Source of the DNA: Patescibacteria group bacterium
Lineage (GTDB): Bacteria; Patescibacteriota; Patescibacteriia; PEXW01
Assembly: GCA_041738495.1 (NCBI GenBank)
Contig: JBGSPR010000011.1
Location: forward strand, 1,495 to 65,494
Length of the DNA: 64,000 nucleotides
Reading direction: 5' to 3'
The notes beneath the pieces were generated by a model. The model was not told the origin of the DNA. It worked only from the letters and a program-made list of their open reading frames with translations, and ran no database searches. The translations under genes were made by a program, and so were the position numbers. Shown here piece after piece: positions 45,370-55,695 of this stretch; positions within the stretch are counted from its first letter, which is position 1, and every line of letters begins with the position of its first letter.

Positions 45370-46817
45370 TGGACGGGCCGGAGTGTGGGGAAGAGAATGA
45401 CTTCTTTCACGCTGTGGTTGCCTGTGAGTATCGCGGCGAGCCGGTCTATGCCAATACCAGCACCAGCCGTTGGTGGCATACCGTACTCCATTGCTTCAAC
45501 GAACGCTGGGTCTGTCCCCTGCGCTTCATCATCCCCTGCGCTGCGATTGGCATCTTGCTCGGCGAAACGAGCAGCCTGGTCGAGGGGGTCGTTGAGTTCG
45601 GTGAATGCTTTGATGACTTCTGCGCCCGTAACCACCAATTGGAACATTTCCACAATGCGGGGGTCATCCTGCTTGCGCTTGGCGAGGGGTGAGAGCTCTG
45701 CGGGGTAGTCGTAGACGAACGTCGGTCGGTGCACGTTTGGACGAACAGCCGTCTTCCAGAGCTCATCGATGAGCTTCCCGCGGTTCGTTTTCGGATCTGC
45801 ATCACCACCCGCACTTTTTACCGCGCGCTGGAGTTCATCGTGGCTTGCGTCCAAAACGTTCACACCAGTAGCCTGCTGTATTGCGTCAACGTACTTCAAG
45901 CGCGGTAGGGGCGCAGTGAAGTTCACCGCTTTCCCATCGACCTCGAACTCGAGTGACCCGCGAACTTCACTCACGACATCTACCAAGAGCTGCTCGCAGA
46001 AACGCATCATATCCTGGTAGTCCCAGTAGGCCGCGTAGAATTCAATTTGCGTGAACTCCGGATTGTGCTGGGGGCTCATGCCCTCGTTGCGGAAACAGCG
46101 AGCAACTTCGTAGACCCTTTCCATGCCGCCGATGATCAAGCGTTTGAGGTAGAGCTCGGGTGCGACCCGGAGGTACAGGTCGATGTCGAGCGCGTTGTGG
46201 TGCGTGATGAAGGGTTTTGCAGTCGCACCGCCAGCAATGCTCTGCAGCACGGGCGTCTCAACTTCTGTAAATCCTGCGCTCTCAAAGTTCTTTCGGAGGA
46301 CCTTGAGCATGGACGACCGAAGGCGGGCAGTATGCAGGGACTCTGGATTTGCCAGTAAATCCAACTCCCGTTGCCGGTATCGTTGCTCGGTGTCTGTCAG
46401 CCCGTGAAGTTGGTCTGGGAGTGGGCGAAGCGCCTTCGCCAGGAGTACGAGGTGCGTCACTTTCAGCGATGGTTGACCCGCCTTCGTGATGAAGCGTTCA
46501 CCCGTGCACTGGAGGAAATCGCCAATGTCCAAACGCTCGACGAGAATGTCGTACTGCTCGCCAAGCTCCGCACGAGAGCAGAACACCTGAAACTTGCCCG
46601 AACTATCTTCGAGGTCGGCAAACGTCGAGCCACCGTGCCGTCGCAAGCCGCGAATACGCCCGGCGATAGTACTCACCGTACCCGCCTCTGCAGCTGCTAC
46701 CTCGGCTACGGTGTGCGTGCGCTGCACACGGTTCGGGTAGGCGTGCACGCTCAGCTTCTGGAGCTCTTCTAAGCGCTGTAACCGTACCGAACGTTCATCA
46801 TTGATATCCACTGTCAT
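45366..46817 (-). CDS. lysS: Lysyl-tRNA synthetase (class II)
   Basis: OB-fold anticodon-binding N-domain plus class II motifs (FRNEG, GGAGIGIDRL). Confidence 0.92.
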   Translation of the reverse strand: MTVDINDERSVRLQRLEELQKLSVHAYPNRVQRTHTVAEVAAAEAGTVSTIAGRIRGLRRHGGSTFADLEDSSGKFQVFCSRAELGEQYDILVERLDIGDFLQCTGERFITKAGQPSLKVTHLVLLAKALRPLPDQLHGLTDTEQRYRQRELDLLANPESLHTARLRSSMLKVLRKNFESAGFTEVETPVLQSIAGGATAKPFITHHNALDIDLYLRVAPELYLKRLIIGGMERVYEVARCFRNEGMSPQHNPEFTQIEFYAAYWDYQDMMRFCEQLLVDVVSEVRGSLEFEVDGKAVNFTAPLPRLKYVDAIQQATGVNVLDASHDELQRAVKSAGGDADPKTNRGKLIDELWKTAVRPNVHRPTFVYDYPAELSPLAKRKQDDPRIVEMFQLVVTGAEVIKAFTELNDPLDQAARFAEQDANRSAGDDEAQGTDPAFVEAMEYGMPPTAGAGIGIDRLAAILTGNHSVKEVILFPTLRPVQ

Positions 46818-46890
46818 GCGGTGGTTGTACCATACAAATCGGCCTCCTGCAACAGAAAAAACGCGCTACCTTACGTGTTCGCTCGTGTTC

Positions 46891-47349
46891 CTAGGAAATT
46901 TTTTCTACGTGCGCTTCAACCTCACCACTCGGGGTTTTCACCATGACGACGTCCCCCACGCTGCGCCCGAGGAAGGCTTGCCCAATTGGCGAGGCATTCG
47001 AAATTCTCCCCTCGGCTGGGTTTGCCTCGTTCGACCCAACGATCGTGTACGTCACGTGCTTGTCGGCAATACGCACGGCCACAGTTGAGCCAACCTGCAC
47101 GGTACTCGACTTCCGGTGGGTTATCACCTCAGCATCCTTGAGCATCATATCCAGCTCAACAATTCGACCCTCAACGAAAGATTGCTCATTCTTCGTTTCC
47201 TGGTACTCTGCGTTTTCCGACAAGTCACCAAGTTCCTTCGCATCCTGAATCCGGTCAGCGAGCTCTTTGCGCTTCACCGTCTTGAGGTGGTGGAGTTCTG
47301 CCTGGAGTTTTTCAAAACCTTCAGCCGTAACGTACTGCGGTGTGCCCAT
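46891..47349 (-). CDS. greA: Transcription elongation factor GreA
   Basis: Start MGTPQYVTAEGFEKLQAEL at 47349; GreA coiled-coil and FKBP-like C-domain. Confidence 0.88.
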   Translation of the reverse strand: MGTPQYVTAEGFEKLQAELHHLKTVKRKELADRIQDAKELGDLSENAEYQETKNEQSFVEGRIVELDMMLKDAEVITHRKSSTVQVGSTVAVRIADKHVTYTIVGSNEANPAEGRISNASPIGQAFLGRSVGDVVMVKTPSGEVEAHVEKIS

Positions 47350-47430
47350 AGTGCAAGAGAAAATGCGAAACGTGGTTGAAAGAATACGACCTCCCGCGCA
47401 GTGTGTCAACCCTCTATGAAATCTGTGTTT

Positions 47431-49374
47431 CTAGGGGGTTTTCTGGGCGGTAAGCCAGTGACGGAATCCGGCTTCAGCAACTGGGAGAGCAGCTGCGTGC
47501 CCCTCTCCCCCACCTTCAACCATGACAGCAATCGCAATTGTTGGGTTCTCGTAGGGTGCGAAGCCAATGAACCACGCGTGCGTTTTATTCTCCGTGCCGA
47601 ATTGCGCGGTTCCAGTTTTTCCTGCCGCTGGTGAGGGTAGGGACTGCAGACGCCGCGCACTCCCACTGGTAACCGCTTGGCGCATACCTTCCCGGACAGT
47701 AGCTATTGCACTCGCGTTCTGTACAGGATTTCGCAGAACTTCTGGGAGAACCTCATTCCGGGTGCCATCTGCTGCCTCCATTGCCTGCACGAGGTGCGGC
47801 TTGTAGAGCGTCCCTCCATTCGCGATTGCTGAGGTCGCGAGCGCCATCTGCAGTGGGGTTACGAGGAGGTCACCCTGACCGATAGCGAAGTGGTACGTAT
47901 CACCGATGTACCACGGTTCATTCTTCGTCTCTTCTTTCCAGGTTTTCGAAGGGAGGAAGCCGCCACGCTCGCCAGGCAAATCTACACCGGTCGGGGCGCC
48001 AAGACCAAACGCGCGCGCGTACTGGGTCATGCGATCGATGCCTAAGCCATCGAAGGTCTCGGTGCCACCACCAATGGTGTAGAAGAAGGTGTTCACGGAT
48101 TCGGCAATGGCTTTTGCGACGTTCGTTGAACCATGGCCACCCGCTTGCCAATCTGGGAAGAACCACTTGTCAATGCGAATGCCACCCGTGCTCTGAATTG
48201 TGGTGTACGGGGTGATAATGCCCTGGTCGAGTGCGGCGGCGGCAATGATTGGTTTCACGGTTGACCCCGATGGGTACTCACCAGCAATGGCACGGAAGAA
48301 GAGCGGTCGTTTGGGGTTGGTGAGGAGTGCGTCGTACTTCTGCTGGTTGAGTCCGGAAACGAAGTCGTTGCTATCGAACGTCGGCTCGCTCACGAGGGCA
48401 AGCACCCCGCCAGTTCGTGGATCTATAGCAATAGCAGATCCACCCGTAGACCGCACCGAAGTAACCATGGACTGCAGGGATTCTGCGAGAACTTTTTGGA
48501 GTTCCAGGTCGAGTGTCGTGTGGAGGTTTTGCCCAGGAACCGCGGCATCGGACGCAACAACTTTCTGTTCTCGGCTCTGGGCATTTACCTCAACGGAGGT
48601 GCGCTCGCTCTGACCACGGAGTTGTAGCTCGTACGTCGATTCAAGCCCTGTCTTGCCAATGACGTCGCTGAAACGGTACTCGCGAGCATTCGACTGCTTG
48701 AGTTCCGCCCATTCGTCGGAGGATAACTTGCCGGTGTACCCGAGAACAGGACTCAAACTCACCGTTCCCGTGTACTGGCGGCGCGGCATGGCGTCGACGC
48801 GTACGCTTGGGTAGTCGTGGAGCTGCACTCGCAGGTGAATTGCCTCATCGTACGTGACGTGCTCGCGGACAGGAACTGCGTCCGTCGTCGTTTCGTCAAC
48901 TTGGGAGAGCGCGCGCTCAATGTCACCTACTGGCGTTCCAATGATTTCACTTACGGCGTGCAGGATACTACGCTGCTCCTCCGTACCTTCCGGTACGTCT
49001 GCGGGGATGATGCCAACCTGGAATTCCGCGACATTCTCTACCAGCGCATGGCCATTCCGATCGTAGATGATACCTCGCGGTGCAGGGACAGTGTACTGGC
49101 GCACACGATTCTGTTCGGCACTGGTGCGCATAGCGCCTCCGCGCACCACCTGCAGCCACGTTGCGCGTCCGAAGAGCACGACGGTGACGAGCAGGAAGAG
49201 CACGGTAGCGGCACGGAGGCGTCCAGGGAGAATTTGGTGCTTGAGGGTTGGTGAATCGGTATCCCGTGCGTCGAGGCTTGCATCTGCAAATTCAAAACTC
49301 TGGAACCGTCGGATGATGCGAAATCGTCCGAGTCCTGCTGGTGGTACGATGTCGAACGGATTAGCGCGTGGCAT
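47431..49374 (-). CDS. mrdA: Penicillin-binding protein 2 (elongasome transpeptidase)
   Basis: PBP dimerisation and transpeptidase domains (SGSTVKP = SxxK, KTG); located downstream of mreBCD. Confidence 0.8.
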   Translation of the reverse strand: MPRANPFDIVPPAGLGRFRIIRRFQSFEFADASLDARDTDSPTLKHQILPGRLRAATVLFLLVTVVLFGRATWLQVVRGGAMRTSAEQNRVRQYTVPAPRGIIYDRNGHALVENVAEFQVGIIPADVPEGTEEQRSILHAVSEIIGTPVGDIERALSQVDETTTDAVPVREHVTYDEAIHLRVQLHDYPSVRVDAMPRRQYTGTVSLSPVLGYTGKLSSDEWAELKQSNAREYRFSDVIGKTGLESTYELQLRGQSERTSVEVNAQSREQKVVASDAAVPGQNLHTTLDLELQKVLAESLQSMVTSVRSTGGSAIAIDPRTGGVLALVSEPTFDSNDFVSGLNQQKYDALLTNPKRPLFFRAIAGEYPSGSTVKPIIAAAALDQGIITPYTTIQSTGGIRIDKWFFPDWQAGGHGSTNVAKAIAESVNTFFYTIGGGTETFDGLGIDRMTQYARAFGLGAPTGVDLPGERGGFLPSKTWKEETKNEPWYIGDTYHFAIGQGDLLVTPLQMALATSAIANGGTLYKPHLVQAMEAADGTRNEVLPEVLRNPVQNASAIATVREGMRQAVTSGSARRLQSLPSPAAGKTGTAQFGTENKTHAWFIGFAPYENPTIAIAVMVEGGGEGHAAALPVAEAGFRHWLTAQKTP

Positions 49375-49882
49375 AGATGAACCGCCTCGAAACACTACGG
49401 AGAATTGCCCGACTCGCAATGCCGAGGAAAATAGTTACCACTGACTCGAGTGCGAAGAGCCGTACGGATTGCCAACTCGCCCATGCATCTCGGATATCTG
49501 CATCGAGAACGCCAGATGCATGTCCAATGCTCTGCACGGTGAGCTGCGTTCCGTGTGCGACTGCCAAACCAGCTATGGTAAGCGCAACCAGAGAAGCACT
49601 CGAGTGGTTGGTGAGCCAACCGCGCTGTAGGAGCGCAACGATTCCCCAGCACGCGAGGACGCTCGCGAGAGTGAGGGGGACGGGCTGCGCGTGGAGGAGG
49701 TCGAAGAGGAGGGCAGCCGGCGCGAGTGCAAACCCAACCCACGCGTCTCGACCGAGCCACACGGCAATGACCGCGCAGCACGCGAGTACAGCGGGCACCC
49801 ACCCAACTGGAGAGAGCGCGGACGCGCCAACCTGCAGGGCGTAGAGGAGCACGGCAAAGAAACTGGCGCGAAGGAAGAGCAT
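49361..49882 (-). CDS. mreD: Rod shape-determining protein MreD (tentative)
   Basis: About 174 aa, strongly hydrophobic polytopic protein between mreC and mrdA; start chosen at the internal ATG adjacent to the mreC stop. Confidence 0.5.
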   Translation of the reverse strand: MLFLRASFFAVLLYALQVGASALSPVGWVPAVLACCAVIAVWLGRDAWVGFALAPAALLFDLLHAQPVPLTLASVLACWGIVALLQRGWLTNHSSASLVALTIAGLAVAHGTQLTVQSIGHASGVLDADIRDAWASWQSVRLFALESVVTIFLGIASRAILRSVSRRFIYATR

Positions 49883-49883
49883 G

Positions 49884-50681
49884 CTAGAGGTCGAGAACAG
49901 TGACGACGCTGAGTTTTTCGTAGGCAACTGTTGGAATGATGCTCGCGGTTTGGAACAAGTCGCCGGCGACCTCTTCGAGGTTTGCAATTTTTCCAACAAC
50001 CAGGCTACTCGGAATTCGCGGGTCAATATCTGACGTGAGCACGAGCTGCTCTTCGGCAATACTCTGGTTCTTCGGCACGAGTGTGAGCTTCATGCCCACA
50101 CCACGCTCGCCAACGAGTACACCCGAGGGACCATCCTGGCGGTCGACGCGAACGGCAATGTCTGTCCCTTCTGCGGTGAGGAGGCGAACTTCAGCGGTAG
50201 CTGGCCCGGCTGCGATGATGGTGCCGATGAGAATGCCATCGTGAGCAATGACGGGCGCTCCTGATCGCACGCCTTGCACCGTCCCGATATCAATGAGCAA
50301 CACTTGCGCACTGGACTGCGATCGGCCGAGGACACGGCCAGGTACGCCACTGAGCGACTTGCGGTTGAGGAAATCTGTTTCCGCGCGGAGGAGCTTGAGA
50401 TCGACGAGTTGCTTATCGAGGGTGGTTCGCTCCAGCTCAAGCTGGACGATGCGATTCTGCAAGCTCGCGTTCTCCTCCGCGAGCTCTTCAACAGACGAGC
50501 GGTGTGAGAACACCCCTCCTACCCACTGCACGACGTCGTACGCAACCCGGCCAACCGGCGTGAGGATGGGCGCGGTCACGCGCTGGAGAGGTTTGAGGAA
50601 ACCAAGGCTGAGCAAGAGCGCAGCTGCAACGAGGACGACGACTGACCAACCTACTGGGGAAAGGCGAACTGGTCCTGGCAT
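49884..50681 (-). CDS. mreC: Rod shape-determining protein MreC
   Basis: Start MPGPVRLSPVGW at 50681; TM, coiled-coil, then beta-domain GAPVIAHDGILIGTIIAAG. Confidence 0.75.
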   Translation of the reverse strand: MPGPVRLSPVGWSVVVLVAAALLLSLGFLKPLQRVTAPILTPVGRVAYDVVQWVGGVFSHRSSVEELAEENASLQNRIVQLELERTTLDKQLVDLKLLRAETDFLNRKSLSGVPGRVLGRSQSSAQVLLIDIGTVQGVRSGAPVIAHDGILIGTIIAAGPATAEVRLLTAEGTDIAVRVDRQDGPSGVLVGERGVGMKLTLVPKNQSIAEEQLVLTSDIDPRIPSSLVVGKIANLEEVAGDLFQTASIIPTVAYEKLSVVTVLDL

Positions 50682-50682
50682 A

Positions 50683-51747
50683 CTACCGCTTTTCCCCCGT
50701 ACCTTCTGCTTCAGTAGAGAGGACGAGCATAGTTCGCAATGCTTCGAGGTCTTCGAGGACAATACCCGTCCCGCGAACAACCGCGGTGAGCGGGTCGTCC
50801 GCGACGTGCACCGTGATTTTGGTCTGCTGCTGGATGAGCTCCGGGAGGCCGCGCAGGAGCGCCCCGCCACCCGTGAGCAGGATACCTCGTTGGTGAATAT
50901 CCGCGACGAGTTCTGGAGGAGTGCTCTCGATGACACTGCCGATGTTCTCCACTAGGATGCTCAAGCTCCGGCTGAGTGCATCGCGGACGTGCTGCCCCAT
51001 GATCGTCACCTCTTTCGGTAATCCAGTAATCAGGTCGCGACCCCGAATTTTTGCCTCGAGCGAGTCATTCTCCTCAGTCGCGCTCCCAATGGCAATCTTC
51101 GCTTCTTCAGCGGTACGCTCACCAATGAGGAGGTTGAAGTGCTCACGGGCGTACTGCGCGATGCTGCTATCGAAAGCGTTACCCGCTGTTCGCAAACTCC
51201 TCCAGGTGACGACGCCACCGAGGGAAATGACCGCGATGTCTGTTGTCCCGCCTCCGATATCGACAACCAGGTTCCCGGCAGCGTCTTGAATTGGCAGGCG
51301 CGCGCCAATTGCCGCAGCCATGGGCTGTTCGATGAGGTACACCTCGCGGGCGCCCGCGTGGAGCGTTGCGTCCTCCACGGCTTTACGCTCTACCTCAGTG
51401 ACGCCGAGTGGTATGCCAATGACGACGCGCGGTCGTGGAATGAGAGTAAATCCTTCACGGTGCACTTTCTCTACGAAGTACCGCAACATTTTTTCCGTAA
51501 CCTCGAAGTCAGAAATAACGCCATCGACGAGTGGCTTCGCGGCAATGATGTGGCTCGGTGTTTTCCCGACCATCTTTCGCGCCTCAGCACCGACCGCCAG
51601 GATTTGCTCGGTGCGGGTATTCACTGCCACAACCGACGGCTCGTTAATCATAATCCCCTTCCCCTTCACGTACACCAACGTACTGGAGGTTCCCAGGTCG
51701 ATACCGAGGTCTCGGGAGAACCTCCCGAGGAATCTATCGAAGATCAT
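50683..51747 (-). CDS. mreB: Rod shape-determining actin homolog MreB
   Basis: LGIDLGTSSTLVYVKGKGIMINEPSVVAV actin-fold phosphate-1 motif; 354 aa. Confidence 0.9.
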   Translation of the reverse strand: MIFDRFLGRFSRDLGIDLGTSSTLVYVKGKGIMINEPSVVAVNTRTEQILAVGAEARKMVGKTPSHIIAAKPLVDGVISDFEVTEKMLRYFVEKVHREGFTLIPRPRVVIGIPLGVTEVERKAVEDATLHAGAREVYLIEQPMAAAIGARLPIQDAAGNLVVDIGGGTTDIAVISLGGVVTWRSLRTAGNAFDSSIAQYAREHFNLLIGERTAEEAKIAIGSATEENDSLEAKIRGRDLITGLPKEVTIMGQHVRDALSRSLSILVENIGSVIESTPPELVADIHQRGILLTGGGALLRGLPELIQQQTKITVHVADDPLTAVVRGTGIVLEDLEALRTMLVLSTEAEGTGEKR

Positions 51748-52970
51748 AGAGCGGTAAGGCGCGCGTGCGCTTCAGCTTCGGTGAGGATTGTGGTGGTGCC
51801 CGTTGCGCGCTCCGTGCACTCAACGCGGCCGTTATTCCTCGCGCTGAAGACAAAGCGGAGCGGTACGCCGAGGAGGTCTGCATCTTTGAGCTTGTACCCT
51901 GGGCTTACTTCGCGATCGTCGAAGAGGACGTGCGCGCTGTGCTCTGCGCAAAACGCGCTCGCTTGTTTCTGGAGTGCATCGTCGGCCTTCCCTGCGATGA
52001 GGACGTGCGCCCGGAAGGGGGCAATGCTCGCTGGCCAGACGAGACCACGATCATCGGCGTGCACTTCTGCAACTGCGCCCACGAGCCGGGATACGCCAAT
52101 GCCGTAGCTTGCCACGTGAATTGGCTGGCGCTTTCCCTGCGCGTCCGTGAACGTGCAGCGCATTGCCGTTCCGTAGTAGTCACCGAAGTTGAAGGTGTTC
52201 CCTACCTCAATGCTCTTCTCGATGCTCGCTGCTGCACCGCACTTCGGGCACGTGGGTGACGTGCCGAGCTCTACGTTCTGCGCGTACCCACACGAAGGAC
52301 AGTGCAGAATGTTGTCTTCTCCCGCGGGGCTGAGCACCTGGAATTCGTGGCTGTGCCGCTTGGTGAACGTACCTCCTGAAGCTTCGGTAATCAACGCCTG
52401 CAAGCCGCAACGCTTGAAAATTTTCCCGTACACTTCGTGGACGCACTCGTAGTAGGTCTGCAGATCTTCCGCTGACGCGTGGAAGCTGTACAGGTCTTTC
52501 ATGAGGAATTCCCGGCCGCGCATGACGCCCGACTTCGCGCGCGGTTCATTGCGGAACTTCCACTGCATTTGGTAGAGACCGTACGGGAGGTCACGGTACG
52601 TTGGCTGGCTGCGCCGCACGATGTCGACAATAACTTCCTCGTGCGTGGCCGCGAGACCAACATCGTGGTGGTGTCCGTCGTCGAACTGGTACATGACCTC
52701 GCGCATCGTCGCCCACCGGCCAGTTTCTTCCCAGAGCGTCTTGGGCTGGAGGGCGGGCATGAGCACCTCGTTGGCGCCGATAGCTGCGTGCTCTTCGCGA
52801 ATGACCCGTGCGACGTTCTCGAGAACACGCAAGCCAAGCGGGAGCCAGCTGTACACGCCGGCGTGGAGCTTATCCACGTACCCCGCTTGCTGCAGGAGCT
52901 GCCCATTGCGGGACACCTCATCAGCTGGTGCGGCGTTCTTAGTTGGTATGAAGAGGTCGTGGAAATTCAT
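51744..52970 (-). CDS. proS: Prolyl-tRNA synthetase, short bacterial-type lacking the INS editing domain
   Basis: N-terminus aligns with bacterial ProRS (FLMKDLYSFH motif 2), but total length of 408 aa implies no insertion/editing domain. Confidence 0.85.
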   Translation of the reverse strand: MNFHDLFIPTKNAAPADEVSRNGQLLQQAGYVDKLHAGVYSWLPLGLRVLENVARVIREEHAAIGANEVLMPALQPKTLWEETGRWATMREVMYQFDDGHHHDVGLAATHEEVIVDIVRRSQPTYRDLPYGLYQMQWKFRNEPRAKSGVMRGREFLMKDLYSFHASAEDLQTYYECVHEVYGKIFKRCGLQALITEASGGTFTKRHSHEFQVLSPAGEDNILHCPSCGYAQNVELGTSPTCPKCGAAASIEKSIEVGNTFNFGDYYGTAMRCTFTDAQGKRQPIHVASYGIGVSRLVGAVAEVHADDRGLVWPASIAPFRAHVLIAGKADDALQKQASAFCAEHSAHVLFDDREVSPGYKLKDADLLGVPLRFVFSARNNGRVECTERATGTTTILTEAEAHARLTAL

Positions 52971-52973
52971 ACG

Positions 52974-54074
52974 TTAGAAAATTTTCTGCCAGAGCGCCTG
53001 CACAGCCTCGAGACGTATGACGTCGCGTACGGTGATGAGCGCGATGAGACCAATGAGAATAGCAAAACCCGTGCTGTGAATCCTCGCCTCCGTGGAGGCC
53101 TGCAAGGGTTTTCCCCGTACCCACTCAACGAGCAGGAAGAGGACGCGACCACCATCGAGCGCGGGTATGGGCAGGATGTTAATGAGAGCGAGGTTGAGCG
53201 AGAGGAGCGCGGTGAACTGCAGGATGTAGGAGAAGCCAAGTTGCGCCACCTGTCCTGTGAGCACGGCAATGCCAACCGGACCCGCAACGTCTGAGCTTAC
53301 CTCACCACGGGTGACGAGGGTGCGAATGAGATCTCCAAAGGCAACGCAAATTGCCACGAGCGAATCGTACGTCGCACGAGCACCTTCAACAATCGCTCGC
53401 CCGAGCCCAAAGGAAACCGTCCCGACTTCAGCGAGGCTTACGCCTAAACCCGTGGACTCTGTTCCAGGGATGTTCGCCAGCTGCACGCGCTTCTCGGTAA
53501 CCGTGTCACCACGCTTGTACTGCACTAAGACTTCGACACTCCCCACGCCAATCGTGTGCCCCTGCACATCTTCTGGGGTTGTGGTGGTTTCTCCGTCAAT
53601 GGTGAGAATTGCATCTCCGCTCTGCAGACCAGCTTCAGCCGCCGCAGATCCCGCAGCAACGGAGAGTACTTGCAACTGCACACCTTGGACGCTGGCGCCA
53701 GCTGGGACACCCTCGCTCACGTCCGTTGGAATACCTGCTGCAAAACTATAGCTGAAGATTGCGAAGGCCAGGAAGACGTTCATTGCGACGCCTGCAACCA
53801 GAATGGTTAACCGACGCCAGTGCGCGGCCGCTACAAAACTTCCGGGGTCACGCTCCTCACCGTCCTCACCGTGGAGTCGAACGAATCCCCCAATGGGTAT
53901 CCAGTTCACGCTGTACACCGTGTCCTTGCGGCGCACCCCCCACAACCGAGGTGGGAAGCCAAAGCCAAACTCCTTCACCTTCACGCCCAGCATCCGCGCC
54001 ACGCTAAAGTGCCCGAGTTCGTGCACGAACACGAGGAGGCTGAGAATGATAATGAAGGTGAGGATCGGTGACAT
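52974..54074 (-). CDS. rseP: Site-2 protease RseP (M50 zinc metalloprotease with PDZ)
   Basis: HELGHF zinc motif in TM1; PDZ domain; C-terminal LDGG motif. Confidence 0.85.
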   Translation of the reverse strand: MSPILTFIIILSLLVFVHELGHFSVARMLGVKVKEFGFGFPPRLWGVRRKDTVYSVNWIPIGGFVRLHGEDGEERDPGSFVAAAHWRRLTILVAGVAMNVFLAFAIFSYSFAAGIPTDVSEGVPAGASVQGVQLQVLSVAAGSAAAEAGLQSGDAILTIDGETTTTPEDVQGHTIGVGSVEVLVQYKRGDTVTEKRVQLANIPGTESTGLGVSLAEVGTVSFGLGRAIVEGARATYDSLVAICVAFGDLIRTLVTRGEVSSDVAGPVGIAVLTGQVAQLGFSYILQFTALLSLNLALINILPIPALDGGRVLFLLVEWVRGKPLQASTEARIHSTGFAILIGLIALITVRDVIRLEAVQALWQKIF

Positions 54075-54079
54075 TGCTG

Positions 54080-54631
54080 CTACACAGTAGTGAGTTCCGC
54101 TTCCTTCTGCTTGCCGAGCTGCTGGATCTTTTCGTTGTACGTGTCGACTTCATTCTGCAGCGCCTTCAATTCCTGCGCGCTTACGTCCTCGGAAATGTCT
54201 CCGTCGCGCTCGCGCTGCTTCACCTGTTTCTGCACATCTTCGCGAACACTGCGAATGCCGACGCGTGCCATTTCCAATTTCTCACTCACCGCTTTTACCA
54301 ACTCGCGACGGCGCTCTTCGGTGAGCGGTGGGAAGTGAAGACGGATGAGCACGCCGTCAACCGTTGGAGTAATGCCGAGCGGTGAGCTGAGCACAGCCTT
54401 CTCAATTGCTTTCACGACGTTCGGATCCCACGGCTGAATGACGAGCTGCGTCGCTTCGGGTACGGACACGCTCGCGAGCTGCACGAGGGGTGTGGGTGTT
54501 CCGTACGCGTCGACGCGCAGGGATTCCACCATTGCGGGGTTTGCGCGTCCTGTGCGAATGCTCTGCAATTCCTGGTGGAGGTGTGCGAGGACTTTTTCAA
54601 ACGCTTCGTGGTGTTCTGGTGAGAGCGCCAT
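54080..54631 (-). CDS. frr: Ribosome recycling factor
   Basis: Start MALSPEHHEAFEK at 54631; 184 aa with an RRF fold signature. Confidence 0.88.
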   Translation of the reverse strand: MALSPEHHEAFEKVLAHLHQELQSIRTGRANPAMVESLRVDAYGTPTPLVQLASVSVPEATQLVIQPWDPNVVKAIEKAVLSSPLGITPTVDGVLIRLHFPPLTEERRRELVKAVSEKLEMARVGIRSVREDVQKQVKQRERDGDISEDVSAQELKALQNEVDTYNEKIQQLGKQKEAELTTV

Positions 54632-54639
54632 ATGTGTCG

Positions 54640-55695
54640 TTACGAGCGAGGCAGGTAGGTGCCGATGTAGAGCACAGCGGGTCGGCGCGGGTGGGCAAGG
54701 AGGACGCGCAGCTGTCGTGCGGAAGGAACATTCTGCAGCGTCTGCCAGGTTTCCCCACCATCGAGGGATCGGTAGAATGTAGAATTCGCTGTGAAGAAGA
54801 GCTCCTTCTCGTCGAACGGGTTTATAGCGACGCTCAAAATGGGGACAGTGTTCGGAGGTATGACGGTGGGCACTACTTGCCACGTCGCCCCACCATCCCG
54901 CGTGCGGTAGAGCCCGGCATTCGTGGCAGCGTACATGATGCTGGGCGTCCGCTGCGTGTAGGTGAAGTGGTTGAGCGGTGCAGCACCTACTTTCGCCAGC
55001 GCCTGGCCAATGCTATCGGACCACGTAACCCCACTATCCGTCGAGCGGTACAGCGTGCCCCCAGCAACCAAGAACATGATGCTCGGGTCATTCTGCAGGA
55101 GCTGCAGGTGCTCCAAGTTCACCCCAGGGAATTGGTACAGGATACGCCAAGTCGTGCCTTGGTCATCGCTCACTAGGAGAACGCCGCCGCTCGTGGTTGC
55201 GTAGATGTGCTTGCTATTCGCGGTGTCAAATCGCACGCCGGTGATGGTGTGCCCTGGTTGATTCGTGTACACGACGTTCCACGTTTGGCCTGCATCCACG
55301 CTCACCTGCACGGTGTTCCCAACACCGGCGAACATCAGGTTTGGATCTCTCGCATTGATATCGAAGCCTTGAATGTACCCGCTGCTCAGCGGGGTTTGCG
55401 TCCACGTTTCACCGTTATTCTCGGTTTTCCATAATCCCTGCTCGAGCGTGCTCATGTACACCACTGCTCCATCTGTCGGGTGGAGAGTGAAGAACCCAAC
55501 ATTCGCGTTGTTCAGCGTCACGCGGTTTCCTTCTTCCTCACGCACGAAGACGCGCTGCTCCCACGTTACACCGCGGTCAACCGAAAAGAACATGCCGCCA
55601 TCCCCTGCTGCAGTGCCACCCCCACCAGTGTTAATGGAAATCGCGCAACCGCTGAGCAGAACGATGAGTGGGAGGACGGTGAGAATTTTCTTCAT
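54640..55695 (-). CDS. Lipoprotein with BNR/sialidase-like (Ycf48-like) beta-propeller repeats
   Basis: Lipobox LLSGC; repeated S-x-D-x-G-x-TW motifs (SVDRGVTW, SVDAGQTW, SDDQGTTW, STDSGVTW, TRDGGATW, SLDGGETW). Confidence 0.7.
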   Translation of the reverse strand: MKKILTVLPLIVLLSGCAISINTGGGGTAAGDGGMFFSVDRGVTWEQRVFVREEEGNRVTLNNANVGFFTLHPTDGAVVYMSTLEQGLWKTENNGETWTQTPLSSGYIQGFDINARDPNLMFAGVGNTVQVSVDAGQTWNVVYTNQPGHTITGVRFDTANSKHIYATTSGGVLLVSDDQGTTWRILYQFPGVNLEHLQLLQNDPSIMFLVAGGTLYRSTDSGVTWSDSIGQALAKVGAAPLNHFTYTQRTPSIMYAATNAGLYRTRDGGATWQVVPTVIPPNTVPILSVAINPFDEKELFFTANSTFYRSLDGGETWQTLQNVPSARQLRVLLAHPRRPAVLYIGTYLPRS

